From NCBI GenBank assembly GCA_038496445.1, contig JALMLS010000418.1, positions 124,001 through 188,000 on the forward strand: a stretch of DNA of 64,000 nt. Reading direction: 5' to 3'. Origin of the DNA: Trichosphaerium sp. ATCC 40318 (taxonomy: Eukaryota; Protista; Tubulinea). The notes beneath the pieces were generated by a model. The model did no database searches and was not told the origin of the DNA. It was given only the letters and a program-made list of their open reading frames with translations. The translations under genes were made by a program, and so were the position numbers. Positions within the stretch are counted from its first letter, which is position 1. Each line of letters opens with the position of its first letter. Below, in pieces: positions 1 through 11,799 of this stretch.

Positions 1-1238
1 TATTTACCCTCAATACAAGTGGATTCCTTGGCGGTTTAAGTGCGTGCAGTGAATACCACTTAAAAGGTGATCAATAAACTTTCCCTAAAGTTTTTATTCA
101 GGTCTGCTCCACGCAAATACTGGTCTAGTATAGAGCATCAAAGACATCTATTCAATGATATAGCAAGTGATTTCAATGTTAAAACTCTCAAAGACTGGTA
201 TAAGATTACCTTACAATCCGTCTTAAATAGAAACGCCGGAGCTGTAATTAAGTAAGTCATGTGACAGTACAAAAACAAATTTCTTTTCAATCTCTTATTT
301 TGCTATTTCAGACACTACTACAATGGATCACTTTCATGTTGTATATCTACATTGTATCCAAGTTATAAATGGGAACTTTGGAGATTCAAATCGTCACCAA
401 GAGGTTTTTGGAAGGATATAGAAAATCAAAGAACTTTTTTGAATGCCACTAAGAAAGCTTTACAAATAACATCAAGAGATTATTGGTATAGAACTTCTTA
501 TGAACAAATAAGTAGTATGGGTGGTCAAGGTATATTAAAGTACTGGCCATACGTACTTAAAGTGGTTGAGCCTTCATACAAATGGGATTGGAGGAAGTTT
601 TCTTTGACAGGCAAAATGGCAAAGCAAAGGTAACTTTAATCGGACCATGTGTCAATATTTTTTAACATTTCTTTGATTAGGCAACTTGTCAAGTATGTTC
701 AACGTCTATTCCCAGGATTGCGAATTATGGAAGATCACTGTGTTGGGTTTAGTACTTCTAATCAAGAGAACATAACAGTTGATGTTTATGTTCCTTATCT
801 TAATTTAGCTTTTGAATATCAAGGCACACTTATTAGTATTGAACGTTTGGATGCTTACTTATACATAGGAGAACACCATTATACTGATGGAGTGTTCTTT
901 ACAGAACAATATTCTGTTATACAAAAATCACGTGACACAGAGAAACTTCAGTATTGTACAGACATGGGTAAGTCCTTTTTGAATCAAATTTTGTTGCGAA
1001 TGTCAATTTACTTGGTTGAGTTTAATACTTAGGTATGACTTTGGTTACTATTCCTTTTTGGTGGTCCTATGATATAAATACTCTAGCAGCAACCATTAAG
1101 CATCAAGCGCCGCATATAAAATTTGAAAGGCGAGAAGTATTTGGTACACCACTTACAGACGAACAACCAAATATGTACAGTAAAAAAACACAAGTTCTAA
1201 CTTTCCCGAAAAGCAGAGCTTCAATAAACAGTTTGTAA
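1..1238 (+). CDS. 5'-truncated multi-exon gene: tandem ~60-aa W-rich repeats plus C-terminal PD-(D/E)xK (RAP/DUF559-like) nuclease-fold domain
   Basis: Spliced reading gives YPQYKWIPWRFK..SAPRKYWSSIEHQR..DWYKIT..YYNGS..LYPSYKWELWRFKSSPRGFWKDIENQR..YWYRTS..GGQGIL, then VDVYVPYLNLAFEYQG|EHHY..RDTEKLQYC..GMTLVTIPFWW. Introns are GT-AG plus one GC-AG (824-868). Confidence 0.75.
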
Positions 1239-1583
1239 TATGGATTGTATTGCCTTCGCAGTTAGTTCCAAAATAACATGTACTAAAGTCACATGGATTG
1301 AGCTTCCCTGGAATTCCATTGAGCTTTGTTGTTGTATAATACCAAAAACCCATAGTTGCAACAGTGAACTACACTGCTGCAAGAAGTGTAAAAAATGTGA
1401 CGCATTTCTACATTTGCACAAAACCTTTGCGCCACCTTAGTGTTTTGTGCTAATATCACTGCCATATATTTCGCGCAGCAGCTGAGTAATTGTGCCACTT
1501 TTTCATGAATGGAATTCTAAGCATTTAAGTCTGTCCAAAAATACCACTTACAGGCGCTCCAACTTGTCAAGCAATAATACAAC

Positions 1584-1886
1584 ATGCAACTATTTATAAA
1601 GACATTAACAGGGAAAACAATAACTATTGAAGTTAAACCTGAAGAAACAATTTACAGTGTAAAAGGGACAATCCACAACATTGAAAAAGTTCCACCTGAT
1701 CAACAGCGCCTTGTTTTTTGTGGAAAAGAACTTGAAGACGAGTGCCACATTAACGACTATAACTTTAACAAGTCAGGAACAGTTCATCTCATACTGAAAC
1801 TGAGCAATTCAGAAAATACCGAAAGACAACACGCAGAGGTTCCTATGTGTACTTATGAACCGAAAAGTAGTTGGTTCTGCTGCTAA
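1584..1886 (+). CDS. Ubiquitin-like protein without C-terminal GG, with a Cys-Cys tail
   Basis: Intronless [45 protein letters not shown] is clearly ubiquitin-like, followed by a ~25-aa tail ending SSWFCC*. Confidence 0.85.
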   Translation: MQLFIKTLTGKTITIEVKPEETIYSVKGTIHNIEKVPPDQQRLVFCGKELEDECHINDYNFNKSGTVHLILKLSNSENTERQHAEVPMCTYEPKSSWFCC

Positions 1887-2565
1887 ATACTGTAATAAGC
1901 AATGTACTATCGTAATTCTGAAAGTTCGTTTTTTGGCGCTACACTCCCTTTTTTGCCGTTGTTCTTTAATACTCACCTTGTACATGCGTTCATTATGTAA
2001 TATATTGGGAATATGATTTCGCAGCTGGCACAAATAGAATCTAGCGACAGCCCATTGGTTTCCCTCCAAACCGGTCCTGTTCTTCATCTACCTGGTTTTT
2101 TTTTCATTTGACAATGACATAAAATATCTGATACTGCTGTGGTGCGTTCGGGAAACCCAAATATGTAGAACTTTGTCAAAAAAAAGTCTAAAATTCGGCA
2201 CACTATTTATCCTATATTATGCCATAGGAACTATTTAGAAAGCCCCCCTTTCAGGGGGGGTTTGGGGGGGCAGAGCCTAGCGGCGACTGAGCGCCATAAC
2301 CCAGTTGTCTCCCTTTGTGGCGAACAGTTCAATATCTCTTTGACATTTTTTCGACTTTTTTTTCGACATTTTAGTACACACCGTGCGTTCGCATTTGCTC
2401 GAGATGTGAGTGTCGCTAGCGAATGCTTTCAGGTAGACAGCGCTTTTATGAGTAATAGCACACAAAGGAGAGTAATCACATGAGACTTTTCACGCTGATT
2501 CCATAAAACTCTGTTTGATAAACTCCGTTTATTAGGCACTATTATTGCCATTATGTTTATAAATT

Positions 2566-3621
2566 TTAGTTGGTTTGCTGTTGGTAGTTGCCATTGTCGT
2601 CAATGTAGTATTTTGGTTCGTCAAAGTAGTACTCAGGTTGAACACAAGATAAACTTAAACGTGAAAGACGAACTGGTTCTACATCCCCAATCTTGTCACC
2701 ACTAAAAATACCATGTGTATCAATAACAGAAGGTTCACCTATCTCCTTAGCATCCCCTGGATCAGTTGCTATCGTCTTTGCAGCGTGTAGTAACCCTGAC
2801 AACGTCTTTGCAGGTAGATGAACCGTTACTTGAATGAAAAGACGCTTCGCTTGGCTTTGATCAAGGACATCTCTACGCATAAACATTTCAGGTTTTTTCA
2901 TCTCTGATGAAACATCGGCCATGTCCAACCCTTGTATACCTCTTCTGCAATATGCAACGTGTCTTATAACAACGTAAGCTGTCTCCTGAGTTATTGGATT
3001 GCCATCTTCGTCCTGGCACAGAAAAGTAACTTTCTGGAACCCTTGAGGGCTCATAACCTCAATAAACGTCCCTTGTGGTACTTTTTCTTTGCCAAAAGCC
3101 TTGAAAAGAGTTTCAAGCACGCTTTCGAATCCTGTAATTTCGGTAACAACATTAAGTGAGATTTCGCCTTTGTCGTTTTTCCTGAAGGCCAAATCAATAT
3201 TGAATCCGTCCAATTTCATTCTTGTTGGTCTGCTACTACCGCTATCAATAAGAAGGAGCTTTGTAGGCATCTGTTTACAGTAATGAGGGCGGTCACGAAG
3301 TGATAAAAAAATAGGATTATCCTCTCTAATAAGAGCTGCCAAATCACGTCTACCAACTGCTCTTGATGCCATGTATTCCGATGGTCGAAGATGATGAGCA
3401 CATAAAAAGTGTTTAGGCCAGTAAATGTCATCATGTAGAGCATCTGGAGAAAGATTGTGACATCCCTGTAATAACGGATGCTCAACCAGTAATGCCCCGA
3501 AATTTCCTTCGTCGTTATCGCAATCTGTAAACGGGAAACCACTACTGTACGTCGTATCATATGCCCGAAAATCTACTCCGTCGTCTTTTGCCATTATACG
3601 CCACAAATTGAAGTCGTCCAT
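2566..3621 (-). CDS. Hypothetical protein (351-aa uninterrupted ORF; may have an upstream exon)
   Basis: Long ORF with protein-like composition, preceded by an acceptor-like ..cattag. No family recognised. Confidence 0.7.
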   Translation of the reverse strand: MDDFNLWRIMAKDDGVDFRAYDTTYSSGFPFTDCDNDEGNFGALLVEHPLLQGCHNLSPDALHDDIYWPKHFLCAHHLRPSEYMASRAVGRRDLAALIREDNPIFLSLRDRPHYCKQMPTKLLLIDSGSSRPTRMKLDGFNIDLAFRKNDKGEISLNVVTEITGFESVLETLFKAFGKEKVPQGTFIEVMSPQGFQKVTFLCQDEDGNPITQETAYVVIRHVAYCRRGIQGLDMADVSSEMKKPEMFMRRDVLDQSQAKRLFIQVTVHLPAKTLSGLLHAAKTIATDPGDAKEIGEPSVIDTHGIFSGDKIGDVEPVRLSRLSLSCVQPEYYFDEPKYYIDDNGNYQQQTN

Positions 3622-3950
3622 TATCTAATGCAAAATAAGAAATCAACATAAACTTTTTGGGCGAATTCACAAAAATCATGATTGTTTTAACTCCAGAAAA
3701 TGTATTGAAAAGCAAGTGGGTTTCTTTAGTGGCAGTTTAAACTACGTTGAGTTCGTCCTGATGGTTTCAAGAGAAAAAGAGGAGAGTACTTGTAGCACGT
3801 GATCAATTGCAACATTGTACAAGTAAAGGCTGTTTTAACCTGACTTGTATCGAACGCCTGCCCTTTCAAAGAATATTACTAGCACTCTAGAGCACGTGAT
3901 TTTTTCAGCAGTTACTTCTAGCTTCATCAAAAGAATTTTCATGCGAAATA

Positions 3951-4280
3951 CTAGTGGAGACGTACTCTCGTGCTAATGTCAACCATACGGTCATAATCCG
4001 CGTCATAATAATGCGCTACAAACTCTATACCGCTTATTGGGGCAATACCGTGAGTTACAAGAGCATAATGCACACGAGGCACGGCGTGTCCAAGTTTTTG
4101 ATTTAGCTTGCCGGCAGCCACTTCATCTACTACTACAACCAGACAAAAACATGTCGGTGTTCCAGTTGCGTCTCGCACAGCGTCAATGGATACGCAAAAC
4201 GCCTCAGCGACTCGTTCCTTATATTTAGAGCGAATGGCTGCTAGCTCAGTGTCGGTCTTACCAGGAAATAAAGGTTCCAT
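3951..4280 (-). CDS. Hypothetical 109-aa protein
   Basis: Intronless, GC-richer ORF with ATG, divergent from the START gene. No family recognised. Confidence 0.5.
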   Translation of the reverse strand: MEPLFPGKTDTELAAIRSKYKERVAEAFCVSIDAVRDATGTPTCFCLVVVVDEVAAGKLNQKLGHAVPRVHYALVTHGIAPISGIEFVAHYYDADYDRMVDISTRVRLH

Positions 4281-4361
4281 TTTGGGTTTGGCTGAGCTTA
4301 AAACATTTTTACATTAAGTCTCCCAAAAACATCAGAAAGACGCATATCAGTTGGTTTAACA

Positions 4362-5372
4362 ATGGCAGAAGTACAAAAATACAAGGACGCAGCTGAAGAA
4401 GTACTTGGACGTGTAAAGGTAGAAATCCTTTAAAAAGTACACAAACCTCACTACTAGATAGGACATCATACAAGAAACTGAAGGATGGGCTACAGGAGTA
4501 GACGCTAACGGTATCCTCGGAACAAACAAACCGATGGAAGGCAGCCCTATCAACTGCTACAGAGGTAAAACCAAGGTAGCGAACTACACACCAACTGCTC
4601 TAATCGGTGCGTAAACAATTACCCGTACAATATATTTTTTTTTAATCGAACTGGTTTACGTCATAACAGCTCCACTACCCTTACTACGTCGTTTTAAAGC
4701 TAACTGGTTTTACTAGACATGTTATGGAGTAGAACAACAAAAGATCAAGTACGTACTGACCTACTACTACAACTAAGCGGTTATACTGACAAATGATAAA
4801 AAAAGTGGTGCCAACACGACCCTAACATCATCGAATGGAAAGTTTTGGAGACATTGGACGATACCACACGTATCATCTACCAAGTACGCTAATTTACAGC
4901 CGTTTTACAAAAAAAAAACACTGACGTCATCTTAAATCGTAGACAAACAAACTCACCTGGCCTATCTGGAACCGTGATTCAGTTATGGTTCAAATGCGCA
5001 AAGAAGTTGACGGAACACAGTTCCTCGTATGGAAATCGGTTGAATTCGCTGGTATGCCAGATAAAGAAGACAAAAAGCTCATCCGCGCATCTGTTAACAC
5101 AAGGTAAATGGGTTACAAGCAAGAACAGCAGTTTTTATTTTCTAATTCGTTATGTGCAACGCTTTTTTTATCTTAATCGCTTCTGACGCTTTTAATCTAG
5201 TGCATACGTGTTCGAGAAGGACCCAGAAAACCCAAAAGGCTCTATTGCCCACCGTGTAGTTCACGTCGATCCACGCGGAACTATTCCATCTGTAGTCGTT
5301 AACGCTAATGCTCGTAACGTATACTACTTTGCTGATCCTCTTGTAAAGGCAGCAGATGCTGCAAACAAGTAG
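4362..5372 (+). CDS. START-domain lipid-transfer protein (multi-exon; absent from ORF track)
   Basis: Manual splicing gives MAEVQKYKDAAEEVLGRVK|DIIQETEGWATGVDANGI..CYRG..|DMLWSRTTKDQ|WCQHDPNIIEWKVLETLDDTTRIIYQ|TNKLTWPIWNRDSV..|AYVFEK..HVDPRGTIPSVVVN..ANK*. The WxxxDP, WPxxxRD and DPxGxIPxxVVN motifs are typical of START. Confidence 0.85.
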
Positions 5373-5460
5373 AGAGTAAGGTAGTGAGTAACTCTTTACA
5401 AAAAACGCAAAAAGACTTGAAAAGTCGTTGCTTTTCGGTCTTTTCTTTTTGTTGTTCGAT

Positions 5461-7150
5461 TCAAAAATCTAATAAATTATTGAGCATATTATCAAACTGA
5501 CCAGAAGGTGTTTTCTTCTTTTGTTTCTTAGCTCCTTTTTTCGATTTTTGTCTTTTTTTTGCTTGTTGTTTCTTCTTTGTTTGCTGTTGTTGTTTCTGTC
5601 TTTTTTTAGGCCTACCAAGATCTGCTAGCATATCTTGAAGCAGTGCATCATCTTGAGGGTCCTTATCTCTGTTTTTTCTTTTTTTCTTCTGAGAACTTGT
5701 CGCTTGGTTTGTCGCTTTTTGTCTTTGTGTTGTTATATTTTTTTCACGCTCTGGAGGCGTTACATTGACATTTCTTTTTGGTATCTTCTTCTTACGAGAC
5801 AATTGATCCTCTAAAAAATCGCCTTGGACTGTATACGTTAATACTAATCCACTTGTGTCAAAAAAAAAAGACATACCAGAAACCTTTTTAACAAACTTCC
5901 GTTCCTGTTTTCTCTTGATATTCTGTTTTATATCTGGTCTGTGTACAACATTCTTACTCTCTTCAATATTGTCAATACACCCACTACCATCCATCTTCTC
6001 TTGTATATCAAGTAACAAAGCGCCAACTTCGTCTTGATCAAGTAATTCTAGATTTGACACATTTATTAAATTACCAAAAAACTAAAAATCTGTCTTAGTA
6101 CCTCCAGTATCTTCTATACCATCTTCGCCTACACAACTAGGTAATGATGGTAGATACTTGGCAGCCATTGTTGTATAATTATGGCCACGAAATGACCATC
6201 CTCCTCGTTTTTTCACAAATGAATGTAAAATTCTTGTGACATTAAGCGTATGCTCCTCTAGTTGTTTTGATGTCTCCCAAATCCGTGCTACAAAAGGCAC
6301 ACAGAATAGCATTTCTCGTAGAAAGTAGCATTGTCGTATTTCTAAGAGCATGTATCTGTGAAATCAACGTCAGTTGATTTGTTCAGTTTATTGATGTTTT
6401 TACGTACTTATACGCTTGAACACATAATTCTGATAACTGCATAATGCGTTAGAGAGGTTCACGGGCAGTTTGTTAACCGTACTTGTTTGCAGTAGTTGTG
6501 GAACGCCCAAAATTTTAGTGTGATCGCTACGAGAGTAGGAGAGTGCGTTTTGTGGCTTAATTTGTAAGAAAATGTCACAAAAACCATATTCGACTAACCT
6601 TGGTGGTTTATCGCTTAGAACGTCCAATATTATGGCTAACATGCGTTCGCATGGACATTTTGTCACCCAACGACATGTCTACAGTGTACTGAGTATATTA
6701 GGTTCTATTCTGCATTACAATACCTGAGATAAGCGTTGGGCCCATTTATGTCGTTTGTAGTTCCAATTGTTAAGAAATAAAAATCTCTTCACTGTTTTGT
6801 AATCTAGTGATAGTACTGGAACAGATTTTCTAATTATACGCGTAAAATTGCGCAGTTGAGCTGTTTCGTCTTCGTCTAACTGTAAACCTTTAAAACTACC
6901 TGCCAATGATGCCTCCTCCGCGATAATATCGCATAGCACTGAAGAAAAAGCCATTAACGCGTGTACTGTAAAATTTGAACAGAACAAACTTGACCTTATC
7001 TTCAGTTGTGGGATGTAGGTTGCTACGAAAAAAATAAGAAGGTCGAGCAACTGCATGCAGAAACGTTTACTTGTAACCTCAGTAATTGCGTAGCTTCATT
7101 ACACTCACCAGAAAGTAACTTCCTTTAGTTCAGGCTCTTTCTCAATGAGT
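5461..7150 (-). CDS. Hypothetical multi-exon protein with Lys/Gln-rich basic C-terminus (5' end uncertain)
   Basis: Four consecutive minus-strand ORFs (6715-7056, 6400-6666, 6082-6351, 5461-6060) can be joined by short GT-AG introns. Confidence 0.6.
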
Positions 7151-7378
7151 TTGCCTGATTTGCAAAAAAAAGCATTCAACTTCGCTTCTTATGTGCATGG
7201 GCTGTATGACATTGCATGAGATACCGAAGGAACATGCCAATATACAGAACAGTCAGTGGCGTAATAGGTTTTTGAAACCCAACACGTGATAATGTTAAAA
7301 ATAGTAAAGGTTTGAATTTATTTTTGTATTTGTTAATTGTTTATTTAAATAATCGTATCTTTTTCTTTTTTTCTTACA

Positions 7379-8008
7379 CTACAAGCCTCCCATGATAAAG
7401 AAGTTAACACCTTTTTTCCATTTCTTTCGTTTCTTCTTTTTTTTTTGTATTGTCGATGCGACAGTCGCAATATTTTCAGTTTTAACTTGTTCATCTCGAG
7501 AAGCAACGAAATCCTTTAAGCTCTCTTGAAGTTTAGTTCTAACTTCTCGTTTGGCTTTAATAAATATAACATCAACTATGCTTGGCCCTTTACGTCCTTC
7601 TTGATCAGTTTCATCGCCGTTTGTTGTTTTCTCATCACCATCTTTCTTATCGAAAAAATTTTGTGACATTTGATGATTGCTGGCCTCCAGTTGCTCTGTT
7701 ATGACCTTAAATACATCACCTAGCTTCGTAGCAAGTTCTGCTTGGCATTCAGATGATAAAGAGACCTTACAAACAGGATGTATGAACTCTCTGTATATTT
7801 TAAGGGCGTTTTTAGCTTTTGAAGCTTCGTCTTGTTCAACTTCGTCTGAGTATTGGTACGTTATAATCTCCTTGTAGAAATGAACATCAGCTATATTACC
7901 GGCTTTTCTAAGGTGCTCATAGAATTCTTTTCTAATGCTTTGATCACGTAATACGCTTTGTAGTGTTAAAGCTGACCCTGTAGAGGACTCTCTTAGCCTT
8001 GTTTTCAT
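7379..8008 (-). CDS. RGS-domain protein
   Basis: LTLQSVLRDQSIRKEFYEHLRKAGNIADVHFYKEI..ALKIYREFI matches the RGS helix pattern. Intronless, with a polybasic C-terminus. Confidence 0.8.
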   Translation of the reverse strand: MKTRLRESSTGSALTLQSVLRDQSIRKEFYEHLRKAGNIADVHFYKEIITYQYSDEVEQDEASKAKNALKIYREFIHPVCKVSLSSECQAELATKLGDVFKVITEQLEASNHQMSQNFFDKKDGDEKTTNGDETDQEGRKGPSIVDVIFIKAKREVRTKLQESLKDFVASRDEQVKTENIATVASTIQKKKKKRKKWKKGVNFFIMGGL

Positions 8009-8101
8009 TCAATTGTTTTTTTTTGTTTATTGCGTGTTTATGGAAGTTAATTAATCACGTGACTTAAACACAGAAGTGTTAGTGGTTTTTTTGGCTTACT
8101 T

Positions 8102-8330
8102 GTGAGTGGCGACGCCGTGGAGGATTGTTTTGAATGAAATCCGTTGATCTGGCTTTCACACAGACAATACAGTATCGCACCAGCCACTTACTATCGCGGA
8201 CCCGTTGGCTTGTGTTTTTATGTTGCTATTGACTGACCGCATACGTGTAAACATGTGCTTTCGTGTAAGGAAGTGGTCTTGACCGCCTTTTGGCGTAGCT
8301 GTAAGCTAGACTTCCTTATATTCGACTTTT
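8102..8330 (+). ncRNA. Candidate structured non-coding RNA (family unknown)
   Basis: GC-richer intergenic tract with long stems 8102-8110/8183-8191 and 8263-8274/8310-8321, each enclosing small hairpins. G-U wobbles favour the + strand. Confidence 0.4.
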
Positions 8331-8760
8331 CATATTCGATCTATCTGTTTTGATCGAACGTACTCATTTGTTTGAACTGAAATCAGAATGAGATGGCCCG
8401 CAATTTTGCAATCCTGCCAGTTTGGTCAACCCGACACTGACTACGCGCACGCTTTACAAAAGACAAAACAAAAAAGAGATGAAAAAAAACCAAGTAGCTG
8501 GTACAGTAGTACGAACGAAAAGCGAAGTACTGCTGTTTTTCCAACACGCACTAAACAAGCTACAAATACCTTAGTACTGAAGCATGGACATAACAATAAT
8601 CTACAAGGAGAGTTCAAGCAGCGGTCAATTGAAGGCTCAAGGTCACCTTGTCAAAGGCAAAAAGATGGAGAATGGAAAAAATCAAAAATTTTTGCTTTCC
8701 ATTCTTATTGAAGTAGGGAGTTATTTGTCGAATAAAGAGGATTTGTTTACACTTTTTATT

Positions 8761-11500
8761 TTATTCTTGATTTGTTTGGTTAATATCATTTTGCTGATTC
8801 TTTTTCGCAGAATACGACTGTAAAGTCTTCTGTAACTCCCTTGCCTGTATATTCATACCACAGTTCTCTAAAGAGTTTATAGCAAGTTTATAATTCTCCC
8901 TTGATATATTAATCTTCAATACATTCATCTGAGCAAAGATATCAAGCATCCTATCAGGCATATCCAAAGAAGAAAATATTTTCAATATAACATCAAATGT
9001 CTTACTATCTGGTTCAACTTCTGATGCTCTCATATCATTATATGTATCAAAAGCAAGCTGTGGTTCTTCTAGCTCAAGCATTGTATTAAGAAGAGATGTA
9101 TATACTTGTGTCTTTGGTTTTCTCTTCTTTTTAATCGCTTGAAATAATTTATTACTTTTTGCAAACTCACCTGACTCACATAAAACTTTTACCATCAATG
9201 TCTTTGTAGCTAGATCAATTTTAACATTAGCTCTTACACAATTATTATATACTTCTATAGCATTTGATAAATCACCAAGATCTCTATAAACCTGCATTAT
9301 AACGTAACATAGGCTTGTATCCATTTGTTTTTTTGATTCATTGAAAATCTTTACTATCTTTACTGCTTCTTGTAGTTCTCTCTTCTCTGCCAGTGCACGT
9401 ATTATTGTATTAAATGCTGCATTTACTGTCTCTTTACTCTTAAGAAATTTGGAAGCGTGGAATAATGCTAACGCTTTTCCAATATCATTCCTGTTGAGGT
9501 GAAGTCTAATTAAATGCAGCGCAGTTCCTGTAGAAAAAAAGGTGGTTAGCTTTTTGTTTTGGCGTAGTAAGTCTGGTGTAAAAATGTGATCGTGTAGACT
9601 AGATCATAAAATATCAATCACTTGACGCTATGTGTAAGATAAATTGGTCCTCGTAAAAAAATTGGTGGAGGGTTTTTTGATGCAAAAAAAGAATGAACAA
9701 TCTTACGAGACACAACTTTGCTGTGACAGAGCGCTCACAAAAAATCAAATTCATTCCAAGTAAAAATCAAATGGGATATAGGCTCACGTGTCACCCATAG
9801 TAAAAAGACGACATTGTTGTAATTGCACGAAAGACAATAAAATGGTAAAGATAAACGCACCTGGATTCAGATGAAAACCGGAGTCAACCAATGTTCTTGA
9901 CAATTCGACTGCCTTATCATAAAACTGTTCGTCCTTTGATAGGCCTTTAACGAGCATATTATAAATAACACCATCTGGTCTTATTCTAAGTTCCTTCATT
10001 TTATCTAAAAGAGATAATGCCTCTTCACAAAAACCCATTCTTAAATAATATTGTATAACAGGTAAATAAGTAAATAAGTTTGGCCTTACTTCTGATGTAT
10101 GTAGGATATCAAATAATGACATGGCACGCTTAGGTTGATTATGGTCCATTAGAATAGATATTATCCTATTATATGTAACAATAGTTGGCTTGAATCCTTT
10201 TTCTTTCATGTCCTTCAAAAGACCCATACTTTTGTTTATATTTGATTCACCCATTAGTTTTATCATAATATTATATGTATCAACGTTTGGATTCACTTCC
10301 TTGTCTTTTGAGCGTTGCATCTCTTTAAAAATACTCCATGCGTTATCTTGTAAGTTTCGTGATGGTTGTGTGTAATTATGATTAGTGCAAGACTAGGTAA
10401 CGTTAAAAAAAGTGAGTGCGTTTTTGAGGTTTTTTTTCGCTTTTGTTTTGACGCTTACGCGCCTCGGTGTCATAAAAATTATTGTCAACGATGGGGTTTG
10501 GAAGTAAAGCGTTGCTTTGTGATATTTTTTTTGAACAGTAAAATCCGTACCTTTAGTAATGCGTTGTATTCTCCAACTTTTAGTTCGAATCCAGATTTTT
10601 TCATTTGGTCGAAAACTTTCCTAGCCTGAACAAGATTACCAGATTCTGAACACATGAGTTTCTTGTATCTAGAATTAAGTAACAAATTAGTGACTCGACA
10701 GTTAGATTTACACTCGGTTACATAAACAAAAAACAAAGAAAACGTGAATCGAAGACAATGTGTCAAAATGTCAAAAAAAAAAAAGAGCTTACATTTGACT
10801 TTCCACTTCGATGCCATAGGTCTTCATTTCTGTGACAAGGTCTAGTTTTTTTAGTTTCATAATACTTTAGTGTAATCATATAAACAAAATTTACATACCA
10901 CTGGCCTTCTTGTAGTTACCTCTCTGACCTGTTTTGAAATGTCTAAAAATCGCATTATAAAAAAAAGTGTCAGGTTTGATTTCTGCTTTCAGCATTTCAT
11001 CATGTAGCATCATCGCTTGGTTAAGCCCAGGCGCCGAGGTAATAGCTGGTAAGGTTGTCTTTGTTAGTGGCAACATAAAACGCTGTACAGAAACAAAAAA
11101 GGTACCTGCGGTGTAGCTAAAGACGGAGGCTAAGTTTTCTTCTTTTAAACTTTTCAATTCTGAAATTGCAAATTTAAAGTCCTTAATAAGCTTCACTGTC
11201 TTTGTAAACGCTTTTGCAGCACGGTCTCCTCCTAGATAAAATGGTTTAGATAATATTAGGTTGATTTAAACGTACCAGCGCTTTTTTCTTCATAATACCA
11301 TTGCAATGCTGCGCCTAAGCGTAATTGACGGCGTTAATAACGTAGAAATAGTGACAAAAGTGTCGGACCTCTTGATGGGATTGGTTTTCGGTAAGTGGAG
11401 TTATACGCAGTCCTGAATAAATTGTAAGCGGTTGTGTAGCGTAATAAACAATACTACGTCGCGTAAAACCGAATGTGAGATAGCTTTACATTATTGTGAC
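8761..11500 (-). CDS. Pentatricopeptide-repeat (PPR) protein, probably mitochondrial (5' end approximate)
   Basis: Repeated 35-aa motifs such as PNVDTYNIMIKLMG, PTIVTYNRIISIL, PDGVIYNMLVKGL and PDTFFYNAIF across several exons. Confidence 0.9.
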
Positions 11501-11799
11501 ATCGTTGTTCATTTACCACAATTTTCTACGTGAGTTCAATGGTTAGAAGACTATTGGTAAATTTTGTTGTGTTTTGGCGACATAGTATGCTGATTTATGC
11601 TCAGCGCGCGTAGAGCGTACATGTAGTGTATGTTGGGCTGCATATAATCGTGATTTAGCGCACCATGTCTTACACGCCATTTCTCAAAAGTTTACTTGTA
11701 TACTAGAGGCCAGTACGCACTGAGACTAACGTACATTTCCTTAGCTTAGTGCTAAGTTCACTGTGACTTGATATCTCTCTACTGAACACCGAAGGCACC

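Noticed and set aside
6061-6132. Two same-frame ORFs separated by a single TAG, suggesting stop-codon readthrough or a variant genetic code
   Set aside because: The TAG is the acceptor of a 51-nt phase-0 intron (gtaggc..tttttag). TAA, TAG and TGA all end conserved genes normally elsewhere in the window.
8388-8823. Plus-strand ORFs 8388-8711 and 8584-8823
   Set aside because: They overlap the PPR 3' end region and show no recognisable protein features.
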